From assembly GCA_002494645.1 (NCBI GenBank), contig DACE01000031.1:7471-71470 (forward strand): a stretch of 64,000 bases of DNA, given 5' to 3'. The stretch is from Euryarchaeota archaeon UBA256. Its GTDB lineage: Archaea > Thermoplasmatota > Poseidoniia > Poseidoniales > Poseidoniaceae. The notes below the pieces were generated by a model. The model had not been told where the DNA came from and ran no database searches. It worked only from the letters and a program-made list of their open reading frames with translations. Below are positions 25,185 through 34,284 of the stretch, in pieces. Within the stretch, counting starts at the first letter, position 1; every line of letters begins with the position of its first letter. The position numbers were made by a program, and so were the translations under genes.

Positions 25185-26527
25185 GCGGAGGAGAAGCCCA
25201 TGTCGAAAACAGCATTTGGATGCGCGCCGTCTTGATTGGAGGCGTTTTCCTTGCCATCGGTATTCTCGCCTTCGCTACGATGGGCGTTGGTGTTGCCAAC
25301 GTCAAGCATCACGACTACGAGGAAGCAATCCTCGAGTATGAGGATGCAAAATATGCTTACGAGGACGCTAAGGCATCCAACGCAAGCGATGCTGAAATTG
25401 CGACACTCAAAGAAGCAAAAGAGGAAGCGCACCATCACGAAGTGGAAGCTCACCTCTCCTACCTGACGTGGAGAACTGCAGGCATTACCATTCTTCTGAT
25501 GTGCATCACCTATGCCGCCTTTATCGGCTTGGGAGGATTCCTGAATTCAATTGCACCCAGCGGTGACGATGCTCATGACAACCACGGCTACGGGGGCGAT
25601 GACCACGAACATCACGGGTCCGGCTCTCCGATTATCTTCGCCCTCGGTATCATGCTCTTCCTCATGGGCTTCCCATCCTTCCAGAGCGTATTGGGCAACA
25701 TGCTGTCCGGTACAGACTTTGCTCTTGGAGACCTCGGAGTCAGCATGCTCGGCCTCGTTGTCATTACAGCAGGTGTAGCGAATTGGTGGAGAGAAGACCT
25801 ACCCTTCATCGGTAACGGCGAGCAAATCGCTACTTCAGCACCCTTTGAAGGCCAGCATATCCGCAAAGCCGGATTGTGGGTCTTCATCATGTCTGAAGTG
25901 ATGGTCTTCGCTACCTTCTTCTCCTCCTACCTCCGCATGCGCACCGAGTGGTGTACAGACTGGCAGGTCCAGGCAGGAAATTGTGCTGAAGTGAACATGC
26001 TAACAGCATCCGATTTCCTTCGACCTAATGGAGGCACACTCGATGGTTTAGGCGGACAGGGAGATTTCATGACCTTGCTTCCAGGTGCCATCAACACCTT
26101 TGCCCTCATCATCTCGTCCTATACCATCGTATTGGCGTTGAAAACGGCCAACAGCAAAGATTGGACTGCTCCAACAGGCATGATGGGCAAAATCATGCCC
26201 GATCAGAAAACAGCCGTTCGTAATTACCTCATAGCGACCTTCTTGCTGGGTTCGATGTTTATCGTCCTCAAGTTGATTGAATGGAGCCATTTGGTTGCAG
26301 AAGGGTTCACCATCGGAACCCAAGCAGGTTCCATCTTCTACATCTCAACGGGCGCCCACGGACTTCACGTCTTCATTGGGTTGCTTGTCATGCTTTACTT
26401 AATCTTCAAGGCCGATACCGTCGGCTACGATGAAAAGAACGGGCAAGGCATCGAATACTTTGGCTTGTACTGGCACTTTGTTGACTTGGCATGGGTGGTT
26501 ATCTTCCCAGCCTTCTACTTGTATTGA
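25181..26527 (+). CDS. coxC: cytochrome c oxidase subunit III with N-terminal 4-TM, His-rich extension
   Basis: The C-terminal half matches Cox3 (GLWVFIMSEVMVFATFF ... GAHGLHVFIGL ... YWHFVDLAWVVIFPAFYLY). The first 225 aa or so are extra. ATGA overlap with the coxA stop. Confidence 0.8.
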   Translation: MSGGEAHVENSIWMRAVLIGGVFLAIGILAFATMGVGVANVKHHDYEEAILEYEDAKYAYEDAKASNASDAEIATLKEAKEEAHHHEVEAHLSYLTWRTAGITILLMCITYAAFIGLGGFLNSIAPSGDDAHDNHGYGGDDHEHHGSGSPIIFALGIMLFLMGFPSFQSVLGNMLSGTDFALGDLGVSMLGLVVITAGVANWWREDLPFIGNGEQIATSAPFEGQHIRKAGLWVFIMSEVMVFATFFSSYLRMRTEWCTDWQVQAGNCAEVNMLTASDFLRPNGGTLDGLGGQGDFMTLLPGAINTFALIISSYTIVLALKTANSKDWTAPTGMMGKIMPDQKTAVRNYLIATFLLGSMFIVLKLIEWSHLVAEGFTIGTQAGSIFYISTGAHGLHVFIGLLVMLYLIFKADTVGYDEKNGQGIEYFGLYWHFVDLAWVVIFPAFYLY

Positions 26528-26536
26528 GGTGAGAAC

Positions 26537-26929
26537 ATGGGAGAACACAAAACATCTGGAATTTTTGAATCAATTTTTGACGGGCTAGGCGGACGAGACA
26601 TCTACTTTTGGAACTTCATCATCTTGATGGTGTTCACACTGTTCGAAGTCGCTGCCGTCTTCTTTGAAACCATACCGGGTACCGACATTGAAATCACACT
26701 CTATGCAGTTTGGGCCATCCTCATCGGCGTTGGTATTGTGAAAGGTTACGGAATCGCTGCATATTTCATGCACTTGAAAGGTGACCCTCGTATCTACACT
26801 CGGACAGCCTTGTTCCCCGTACTCTTCGTCTTGCTCATGCTGTGGGGCATTGGACTCTCCAACCCCGGTGCTGTGCAAAATCTACCGGATTGGTGCACAC
26901 CGAACTGGGACTTTGCCGTAGAACGCTGA
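26537..26929 (+). CDS. coxD: cytochrome c oxidase subunit IV (prokaryotic COX4_pro-like)
   Basis: 130 aa with three or four TMs. AAYFMHLKGDP matches the FMHL motif of the prokaryotic subunit IV family. The operon position is as expected. Confidence 0.55.
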   Translation: MGEHKTSGIFESIFDGLGGRDIYFWNFIILMVFTLFEVAAVFFETIPGTDIEITLYAVWAILIGVGIVKGYGIAAYFMHLKGDPRIYTRTALFPVLFVLLMLWGIGLSNPGAVQNLPDWCTPNWDFAVER

Positions 26930-26941
26930 GGCTGAACTGGA

Positions 26942-28507
26942 ATGAGGGTTCAGCGCCATCTTCTGATAGTTCTCGTATGCACTCTGCTCCTAACCACCTC
27001 CGTAGCAACCGCCTACAAGGGCAGCAAACTGGCTCGTGGTGCCGTGCAAGATTTCAACCTAACAACGCAGAATGATGTTGATTATGCCTTTGATGCGGAC
27101 AGTGAGGGCATTGTTGTTGTGGCATTTATTTTCACACGTTGTCCCGATGTTTGTCCCGCCATTACACAGTTGCTCAAAGGCGTCGATGGGGAATTATCTG
27201 AACGGGAACGGGAAGATGTCACCTTCATTTCCATTACCGTTGACCCAGAATACGACACCCCTGAACGGCTCTCACAATTCACTGCATTGCATGGAGTAGA
27301 GTGGCCACATCTCACAGGTACTGTTGAAGAAATGAAACCTATATGGGAAAATTTCGGACTGGTTGTCCAACAAAATGTGATTGATGCTCACGTGATGGAT
27401 TATCAGCCAGCAGAAGCTTCACTGACCGTTGTTAACACGAGCGGAAATGCTTCAAACAACATGGTTGAATTCTCTGGATGGACACTGACAAACCTCTTGG
27501 CAGAACAGGCCAACATCACGGTCAATGCTTCTCTTTCCAGTTACGGGCACATGATTCACGGATTCAACGGTATCGAATCCCCGTCCGATTGGTCGTGGTA
27601 TTGGGAACTGAATCTATGGAATCAAAGCGCATTAACTTGGGAAGCAGCCGAAGTCGGTGTTGACGGCGTTGATGGTTTTACGACCCCTTCTCTTGCGTGG
27701 ATGCCCTCGACATCAAACCGAAGTGAACTACCGGCGCCCAACACTACCGCACAGGCAAGCATGACCGTCATGTGGCCAAACGGGACGACGGCTCAGAGCA
27801 ACATCAGCACCGTCAATGCCTACCATGCAACTCGAGGTGGGCTGGATGCCGCTGGATTGAACGCCACGATCGAAATGTCAACCTACGGTCACTATCTGTC
27901 ATCCATCGACAATGAGACGGCGCCATCAACCTATGACTGGTGGTGGAATCTCTATCTTTGGAATGAAACCGTTGGGGCATGGGAATCCTCGAATTATGGG
28001 ATGGACGAAGTCCTTGAGCCGCAGCACATTGCTTGGGCACCTTCAGATACCAACACTTCTGATATCCCGCCTCCCGTGCAAAACCAAAGCGACGCAACCG
28101 TCTGCAACGGTCATGGCTGGCTCATGGGTAGCGGGGATTCACTACACTGTATGTGTGATAGCGGCTATGGCTGGGATGGAAATGATCGTCTTTCGTGCAT
28201 ATCGGAAACAACGGAAGATTACACGGTAGGACACTCAACCATCACCTATATTCTCAATTCAGACAGGGAGCCTACGGTTGCATGGACGGGAGACAGATGG
28301 CTCGTTGAAGATTTTACTGCAGACCTTAGGGAGTTACTGGACAGGGAAAACCTTGGAGGGTATTCAGATGAGAATACACCCGCTCTTTCTCTCGTTTTGA
28401 CCACAGTTGGTGTGGCCAGTGCCGTGATTCTTCTACCTCGTCGTGAACTGAGCAGCGATAAGAACGAAGGGAAAGGGGGAAAAATGGAAGCCCCTCCCCT
28501 CAACTAA
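26942..28507 (+). CDS. sco: SCO1/SenC copper chaperone split by a large insertion (two repeats plus an EGF-like module), C-terminal TM
   Basis: VVVAFIFTRCPDVCPAITQ carries the CxxxC. ISITVDPEYDTPERL follows. About 280 aa later, DYTVGHSTITYILNSDREP carries the conserved Sco His. TM is LSLVLTTVGVASAVILL. Confidence 0.75.
   Translation: MRVQRHLLIVLVCTLLLTTSVATAYKGSKLARGAVQDFNLTTQNDVDYAFDADSEGIVVVAFIFTRCPDVCPAITQLLKGVDGELSEREREDVTFISITVDPEYDTPERLSQFTALHGVEWPHLTGTVEEMKPIWENFGLVVQQNVIDAHVMDYQPAEASLTVVNTSGNASNNMVEFSGWTLTNLLAEQANITVNASLSSYGHMIHGFNGIESPSDWSWYWELNLWNQSALTWEAAEVGVDGVDGFTTPSLAWMPSTSNRSELPAPNTTAQASMTVMWPNGTTAQSNISTVNAYHATRGGLDAAGLNATIEMSTYGHYLSSIDNETAPSTYDWWWNLYLWNETVGAWESSNYGMDEVLEPQHIAWAPSDTNTSDIPPPVQNQSDATVCNGHGWLMGSGDSLHCMCDSGYGWDGNDRLSCISETTEDYTVGHSTITYILNSDREPTVAWTGDRWLVEDFTADLRELLDRENLGGYSDENTPALSLVLTTVGVASAVILLPRRELSSDKNEGKGGKMEAPPLN
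27527..28045 (+). repeat. internal protein-level duplication within the Sco insertion
   Basis: SSYGHMIHGFNGIESPSDWSWYWELNLWNQSALTWEAAEVGVDGV...LAWMPS aligns with STYGHYLSSIDNETAPSTYDWWWNLYLWNETVGAWESSNYGMDEV...IAWAPS. The repeats resemble DUF4430-like beta-grasp units, recalled from memory. Confidence 0.6.
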
Positions 28508-28508
28508 A

Positions 28509-28594
28509 GCAGTCGTCGCATAGCCTGGTATTGCGCCGGATTTGAAATCCGGTGTCCCCGTGACTCGGGAGTTCAAATCTCTCCGACTGCGCCA
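28509..28594 (+). tRNA. tRNA-Ser (anticodon UGA), genomically encoded CCA
   Basis: The cloverleaf folds by hand. Acceptor is GCAGTCG/CGACTGC. D arm is GCA/TGC. Anticodon stem is CCGGA/TCCGG with loop TTTGAAA (anticodon TGA). A 14-nt variable arm marks it as class II. T arm is GGGAG-TTCAAAT-CTCTC. Discriminator G is followed by CCA. It starts 2 nt after the sco stop. Confidence 0.88.
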
Positions 28595-28663
28595 CATTCT
28601 CAATGTATTCTACCTTGTTCAAGCAGGGAAGACTTCTCAAACTCCGCCCGCTCTCATGAGAAC

Positions 28664-30157
28664 ATGCGCCGAGGTCTACTCGCCCTTTGTTTCGTCGCAA
28701 GCATGATGCTCGCTGGGTGCTTTGGCCCCTCAAGTGCCTCGTGGGGCGACGGTGGTTCAAGCGTAGAGGTTGATTTTTCAACAACGTCTACTGAAGTAAC
28801 GAGCACACTATCGGGAAGTGCAACAACGACCTCTGATTTGGTCCCCGTGGGCTGCAACCCAAGTGCTGAGGCATCCACGACCGGTGCGTCCCTGGTGCAA
28901 GGTTCGCAAGCACCAGTAAGTTTCACAGGATACCTTGCAGCGAGTCAGTTTTACACCGAGCACAATACGGTTATGGGAGCAAGAGGGCTTGATTTTGGAG
29001 TGACAACAGCTGTAGCAATACAGTCGATGAGTTTCAACCAAGCCGCTGAAGTGACCGATGGCGACGGTGCTCGCATTGATGTCAAGGAATGGATCGTCCC
29101 CCTGAGCCCGGAAACGGGTGCAGGAAGTGTTGATATCGATGATTTGGATTCAGACTCAGATACGGAATGGTATGTCCTCGGACTCATTCCTTCAACGGAA
29201 TCCATCCTTTACGGTTTCATGGCACTTGATGAGTGGCATCAGGCTGTTTCCGTTGAAGGCTACCTCGTTGACGCTGGCGGGGATGGCACCAATACCTACG
29301 GCTACAACGCCTCTTGGCATAGAACACGAGACGATTGTTCAATGATGATTGGGGATGTGAATCGCGCAGACGCTTATGTCATCGTCACAGAAATCACACT
29401 TGAAACTGGAACGGTATCTCAAAATGGAGAGGCTGATGATGAGTGGGTCCAAGGAGACATCCCCTTCCTAGGAAGGGCTGGCTTCATTCTCTTCTTCCTT
29501 GTCTTCGGCCTTGGAGGTTCAGTTGGGGCATTTTTTGTCTCAAAGCAACTGGTTATGAAATCAGCAAAGGACACCATGAAGACCTTGATTGGGGACGAGG
29601 GTATGAAAAAGGCAGCCAGTGTCAAAACTGAAGCAAAGGCTGCAAAGAAAGCGGGAATGGAATCGCCTACCGAACGCCAAGCTCGCATGGATAAACAACG
29701 AAAATCCGAGGAAAAGAAAGCACCAAAATCCAAGCCGGAACGTGAAAAGAAAGAGAGTGGTGATGCACTCGGTGGATTTGACCTCGACAGCGTTCTTGCC
29801 TCGACTGGGATTCCATCACGCGGTCAATCAGGCCCCTCTGAACGAAAAAGTTCCGTTGTTGTGACCGATGCTGCTCAGGAAATGGATCGCATGAATGTCA
29901 GTGAACCTGCTGCCTCACCTGCCCCAAGTTCGATACCGATCGTCTCTTCAACTCCAAGCGTATCTTCAGTGCCTTCTTCGACCAGTCGTTCGCCACCTGT
30001 CAAGGAAAAGCCCCCCGAACGTAAACCTCCGGTCAAGCGACGAAGAGCGGTCAAGAAATCTCCTGAACCGCAAACTGAAGTTGAACCAAGGGTTCAACCT
30101 GCACCTCGTGAGACTTATGATGAGGAAGAAGACGATTTCTCAGATTTCTCATTCTGA
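28664..30157 (+). CDS. lipobox-containing membrane protein with K/E-rich and S/P-rich cytoplasmic tail (hypothetical)
   Basis: MRRGLLALCFVASMMLAGC has a lipobox-like LAGC. An extracytoplasmic domain follows, then TM AGFILFFLVFGLGGSVGAFFV and a low-complexity tail ending DDFSDFSF. Confidence 0.55.
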   Translation: MRRGLLALCFVASMMLAGCFGPSSASWGDGGSSVEVDFSTTSTEVTSTLSGSATTTSDLVPVGCNPSAEASTTGASLVQGSQAPVSFTGYLAASQFYTEHNTVMGARGLDFGVTTAVAIQSMSFNQAAEVTDGDGARIDVKEWIVPLSPETGAGSVDIDDLDSDSDTEWYVLGLIPSTESILYGFMALDEWHQAVSVEGYLVDAGGDGTNTYGYNASWHRTRDDCSMMIGDVNRADAYVIVTEITLETGTVSQNGEADDEWVQGDIPFLGRAGFILFFLVFGLGGSVGAFFVSKQLVMKSAKDTMKTLIGDEGMKKAASVKTEAKAAKKAGMESPTERQARMDKQRKSEEKKAPKSKPEREKKESGDALGGFDLDSVLASTGIPSRGQSGPSERKSSVVVTDAAQEMDRMNVSEPAASPAPSSIPIVSSTPSVSSVPSSTSRSPPVKEKPPERKPPVKRRRAVKKSPEPQTEVEPRVQPAPRETYDEEEDDFSDFSF

Positions 30158-31213
30158 CGGCACGATGATATTCACCGCTTGAGGGAGCACCTTCATTGAA
30201 AGTGGAGTGGAGCCGATGTTTTCTCCATCGATGTTGATAGCGGTAGAAACCGAGGTTTCAATCCCAAGTGACTTGAATCGGTGATAGTCGACACGTTGGT
30301 GGAACACGTGACGACCCTCTTTCTTCAACATTCCAAATGCTTTCAAGACATCACGACGGGTCATTTTCTTCAAAATACCGATGTCCATCCAACCGTCATC
30401 CAATGATGCTCCTGGGGCAAGCGGGAGTTTTGAACCGCCAGTTTGGCTGTTTTGGACCAAAAACAAGGTGAAATCATTGGTGACCGATTGTCCGTCAAGC
30501 GTGAGGGTGGCCGTACGTCGCTTATTGGCAGCGATGGCCAGTAGAATACCAACATCATACCTTGCAGGGCCCATCCAGCGCATCTTCTCAGCCTGTATGG
30601 TTGAGTCAACACCCAAGCCCCACGTGACGAGATTGTGGCTATAATGCGTCATTGGGCCGTCTTCGCTCCCCGGTAAGCCCTTGACGAGATTCACTTCAGC
30701 AACGTCCAAGCCCTGATGTTTGGCTCCTAAAATAGCCTGTACGGCAACGGATGTTGATGAAATCCCGAGGTCGTGAGCCTGAGAGTTACCCGTTCCAGAA
30801 GGAATAATGGCAAAGGTTTCCTTTTCCTTTGCCCCGAGGCCGAGGCGTCCGGTGATCACCTCGGAGAGCGTCCCGTCACCCCCAACAACAGCGATGACTT
30901 CACCTCGCTTGATCTCAAGGCTTGCTGCGACTGAAGTCAGATGACCGCTGTAGGCTGAATAAGCGACCGTCACATCAACACCTGCATTCTCCAAGAGTTC
31001 TTTGGCATTATTCGCTACGGCCCGGCCCTTTTTCTTACCAGCAAAAGGGTTGACCAACATGTGGACTCGCTTGGGAGCCTTCGTTGTCGTGGGTTTCTTG
31101 GTAAAGACTGGGGCGAAGTGCGGGCGGTGGGCGCCTTTCTTTCGAGGTGTGCTATCGTCGCTTTGGAACGAAAGCGTTTCGGGAAAGGCCTGTTCTTCGC
31201 TTGTCATGGTCAT
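30149..31213 (-). CDS. lipid kinase, diacylglycerol-kinase catalytic-domain family (YegS/BmrU/sphingosine-kinase-like)
   Basis: HMLVNPFAGKKKG, AVVGGDGTLSEV and IIPSGTGNSQAHDLG are the DAGK_cat motifs. Confidence 0.75.
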   Translation of the reverse strand: MTMTSEEQAFPETLSFQSDDSTPRKKGAHRPHFAPVFTKKPTTTKAPKRVHMLVNPFAGKKKGRAVANNAKELLENAGVDVTVAYSAYSGHLTSVAASLEIKRGEVIAVVGGDGTLSEVITGRLGLGAKEKETFAIIPSGTGNSQAHDLGISSTSVAVQAILGAKHQGLDVAEVNLVKGLPGSEDGPMTHYSHNLVTWGLGVDSTIQAEKMRWMGPARYDVGILLAIAANKRRTATLTLDGQSVTNDFTLFLVQNSQTGGSKLPLAPGASLDDGWMDIGILKKMTRRDVLKAFGMLKKEGRHVFHQRVDYHRFKSLGIETSVSTAINIDGENIGSTPLSMKVLPQAVNIIVPSE

Positions 31214-31404
31214 GACAGGGCGTCTTGGTGCTTCAAGTCTTCTCCATCTGAATGAGATGATATAAATCCGTTATGAATAATAAATCACCCACAGTGCATA
31301 TATTGCTCTTTTTTGGCACCTTCACCAGAAATCGCAATACAAGAAGTCTTCAACTGGCGCTTGATGGACACTATGTGGAGGAGATTTGGACCGAGGCCGA
31401 TCGC

Positions 31405-32412
31405 ATGTTCATGGAACGTGCTCTTTTAGTCGCTGAGCGTGGACGAGGCCAAGTGAGCCCGAACCCTCTTGTCGGTTGTGTGCTCGTTAAGGCAGGCCAG
31501 GTTATCGCTGAAGGATGGCACGACCACCTTGGCGGACTGCACGCCGAACAAATGGCCATCCACGATGCTGAAGAAAAGGGTCATTCGCCGAACGGCGCTA
31601 CAGCCTATGTGACCCTCGAGCCATGCAATCATTATGGGCGCACACCACCATGCACAGAGGCATTGATGTGGGCGGGTGTGAAAGAAGTCATCATCGCCCA
31701 CGAAGATCCGAATCCAACCGTACGAGGAAACGGACAAACTGTCCTTGATGATGCTGGGATCTCCACGCGTATCGGGCTAATGCACGCCGAGGCCGCAGAG
31801 CAGATGCACGGTTTTCTCCACTGGTGCAGTCACCGCAAACCACTCATCACCGTCAAATTGGCCGTAGACCGTACTGGGTCAGTGGATGACCGCTCGGGTG
31901 CATCCACTCGGTTTACATCCCAGGGTTGTCTTGAGAAGGTGCACGAATTGCGAAGAGATTGTGACGCTGTTCTTGTCGGAGTTGAAACCGTGAACCGAGA
32001 CGACCCACAACTCAATGTTCGCTTGGTTCCATCAACCCGTCAACCGCTTCGTGTGGTCATTGACCCAAGCGGGCGCATCGACGCGAAAGCAATGCTCCTG
32101 AACGATGGAGGGGAGACGATGGTGCTTCAGAATGAATTTTCTACCCTCGAATCACTCCTCAACCAGCTTGGTGACCGTGAAATCCAACGTGTACTCGTTG
32201 AAGGAGGACCCACAACGGTTCGTCACTTCCTCAATGCCGGCATGGTCGACGAATTTTTCTTAGTTCACGCAGATTGCGTGCATGAAAAGCCGCTTCCATC
32301 CGAAATAACTCAAGCGGTGTTGGAAGGCGCTGGCCTCAGCAAATACGGTGAACTCGTATGGGGAGAAGAGCGCGTCGAACATTACGTCAAATCAGCCTCA
32401 GCGGAGAGTTAG
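31405..32412 (+). CDS. ribD: bifunctional riboflavin biosynthesis protein RibD (pyrimidine deaminase + reductase)
   Basis: MERALLVAERGRGQVSPNPLVGCVLV, GGLHAEQMAI and YVTLEPCNHYGRTPPC form the CMP/dCMP deaminase zinc site. The C-terminal RibD_C reductase half contains LITVKLAVDRTG and RVLVEGGPTT. Start may be ATG 31405 or GTG 31375 (the ORF is open from 31273). Confidence 0.85.
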   Translation: MFMERALLVAERGRGQVSPNPLVGCVLVKAGQVIAEGWHDHLGGLHAEQMAIHDAEEKGHSPNGATAYVTLEPCNHYGRTPPCTEALMWAGVKEVIIAHEDPNPTVRGNGQTVLDDAGISTRIGLMHAEAAEQMHGFLHWCSHRKPLITVKLAVDRTGSVDDRSGASTRFTSQGCLEKVHELRRDCDAVLVGVETVNRDDPQLNVRLVPSTRQPLRVVIDPSGRIDAKAMLLNDGGETMVLQNEFSTLESLLNQLGDREIQRVLVEGGPTTVRHFLNAGMVDEFFLVHADCVHEKPLPSEITQAVLEGAGLSKYGELVWGEERVEHYVKSASAES

Positions 32413-33216
32413 GATTTCATCCCAGCGATGTGACGACCCTTTGCGAAACAGATTTTCATGGAAACTTCTCTGGTTCATATGGGCGCAGCGAGCCAAACGT
32501 CCCCGGTGATTATAGCATCCTTGGCGAGCATGAACCAAAACCATAACATCGTTCAAATCGAGTGAGGGACCCGTAGCATCGGGAGTTTGAAGTTTCACGT
32601 ATTCGGATGTGCCGTCCCACTCAACATCTCCTTCGTGAGGCGCTTGCAAGGTCATATCATGTTCAAAACGCACATTACCCTCGGCAAGTTTGACTGGGCG
32701 CCATGAACCGCGAACACCGTTCTCAAGCCATTGTTTGATGCGCATCAATTGTTCTTGAGACGCCATGCCAATGTAGGCAAGTTCCCACCAACCCGGCGTC
32801 CGTGCAAGCGTCACGTGATGAACCCCCGGATAACTTTCACGAGGGTCAAGAGCATCTGCCCATGTCCTGCACAAGCCTTCCAAACGTACTGGAAGTAGAG
32901 GTAGCGTACCCATATCCATGTCCTGAAGTCGATAGGGGTTCGCCAGTTCGCCGATGAGTAAAACGGGTTTCCGATCTGACAATGAGGGCGCATCATGAGC
33001 AGTAAGTAATTCCTCGAGAGAGGTTGATTCACTACCAAAACCAGAGACATAATTCTGTATTTCTTCGCGATTCAACAGTGCGTCTGGAGAGGTGGTTGAG
33101 GAAAAAGAAGTCAGCGAGATGACTGAAGCGGAAGTGAACAAAAGCGGACGGTCGGGAAGAGGTATGGGGGAATTGGCCGGTGTATAGGTCCACAGGCGGG
33201 GTGAAATGTCCTTCAT
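32398..33216 (-). CDS. hypothetical protein
   Basis: Lies within ORF 32398..33276. ATG 33216 is preceded by GAGGG; the alternative ATG 33276 overlaps the upstream gene by 23 nt. No confident motif. Confidence 0.4.
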   Translation of the reverse strand: MKDISPRLWTYTPANSPIPLPDRPLLFTSASVISLTSFSSTTSPDALLNREEIQNYVSGFGSESTSLEELLTAHDAPSLSDRKPVLLIGELANPYRLQDMDMGTLPLLPVRLEGLCRTWADALDPRESYPGVHHVTLARTPGWWELAYIGMASQEQLMRIKQWLENGVRGSWRPVKLAEGNVRFEHDMTLQAPHEGDVEWDGTSEYVKLQTPDATGPSLDLNDVMVLVHARQGCYNHRGRLARCAHMNQRSFHENLFRKGSSHRWDEILTLR

Positions 33217-33253
33217 ATCCAACCCTCTTCCCCATCCCTCAAGAAGTCCCCTC

Positions 33254-33676
33254 TCAATCCGTATAGGTCGCTTCAAACATGCATGAAGGACAGGTCACTT
33301 TGATTGGCCGTATGTCAGGGATGCCGAGGGCAACGCCGCAAGCCGAACAAAGAATGGCTTGTGCGACTTGTTCTCGCCGCTCAGCAGCATCTCGGCTGGG
33401 GTCGTACTCAAATCGAAATTGCTGTTTGTCGACGAGGGTTGGCCTGGATGAAGATGCGGCAACATCTGGGACTTCCTTGTAACTGGTGTCCCATGAGGCA
33501 GGTTCTGTGGAAGATACCGAAGATGGAGGGGGTGCGCTTGCTGATTGAGCGAGTGCGGCCCGAATCGTGTTCTCGTCGGTTTGGTATACTCTGCTCAAGC
33601 GATCGATCTCAAGCATCTGCTCGTATCCGTCCATCGAAGCGAGGTTGTTCAGTTCATGCTGAGGTATCTCCACCAT
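33254..33676 (-). CDS. zinc-ribbon protein (hypothetical)
   Basis: C-terminal CSACG-x16-CPSC is a four-Cys ribbon. A Ser/Pro-rich linker precedes it. Same strand as, and immediately upstream of, 32398..33216. Confidence 0.45.
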   Translation of the reverse strand: MVEIPQHELNNLASMDGYEQMLEIDRLSRVYQTDENTIRAALAQSASAPPPSSVSSTEPASWDTSYKEVPDVAASSSRPTLVDKQQFRFEYDPSRDAAERREQVAQAILCSACGVALGIPDIRPIKVTCPSCMFEATYTD

Positions 33677-33819
33677 GTTCCCGGTAGGTTCGGCGGTGTT
33701 TTAGCCCTTGAGGATGGTTGATTTGGCGCCACATTTCCTCTTTCCGGAAATCAGCGTTCGGTTCCCTGACAATTAGCAGGGTTCAAAAGGGGTTGATTGA
33801 CGGGAATGGTGAACCCACC

Positions 33820-34284
33820 ATGGCCATACGCTCCAAATCAAGAAAAAAGGCTCCCGTTAGGAATGCTTCTTTTGCTGTTCGGCAACTCAGTTGCGGGCAA
33901 GTTATGCAAACACCACACGCCATGCGCGATACTGATTCCATGGCAACGGTGCTGGATGTCATCACCAAGCATGACTGGGACCACGTGTTCATTGTGAATG
34001 CGGAGGGCGTCCCTCTTGGACGAATTCACGCGGTTGATTTACTCAAAATAGTCGCACAGAAAAGCGTCAACCGTGACATTGCATGGATGCATTCAATTCC
34101 GGCCCAGCAGGTACTGACCCATCCCCCCCTCACCGTTCGCGAGCAAACGCCGTTGCTGAAGGCAGGTGCTCTCATGCTCACACACGACCTGAATCAACTG
34201 GGTGTTGTCGATGATGAAGGAGCACTTGTTGGGGTTGTCGGCCACAACACGGTTGCTCGGGTATTACCGAAGTTCATCCTGTGA
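33820..34284 (+). CDS. CBS domain pair protein
   Basis: Two CBS-like units are present (VMQTPHAMRDTDSMATVLDVITKHDWDHVFIVNAEGVPLGRIHAVDLLK; LTVREQTPLLKAGALMLTHDLNQLGVVDDEGALVGVVGHNTV). ATG 33820 is preceded by GGTGA. Confidence 0.75.
   Translation: MAIRSKSRKKAPVRNASFAVRQLSCGQVMQTPHAMRDTDSMATVLDVITKHDWDHVFIVNAEGVPLGRIHAVDLLKIVAQKSVNRDIAWMHSIPAQQVLTHPPLTVREQTPLLKAGALMLTHDLNQLGVVDDEGALVGVVGHNTVARVLPKFIL

Noticed and set aside
12483-28594. XerA-type recombinase plus tRNA-Ser as the boundaries of an integrated mobile element.
   Set aside because: They are 15 kb apart and the genes between them are housekeeping (Sec61beta, m5C methyltransferase, Lrp, the cox operon). I saw no duplicate of the tRNA 3' end, and the recombinase looks like the chromosomal XerA rather than a phage or plasmid integrase.
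32398-33216. HHVTLAR in the hypothetical protein as a sign of a 2H phosphoesterase (LigT-like).
   Set aside because: The 2H fold needs two H-x-T/S-x motifs and only one is present. The evidence is insufficient to call it.
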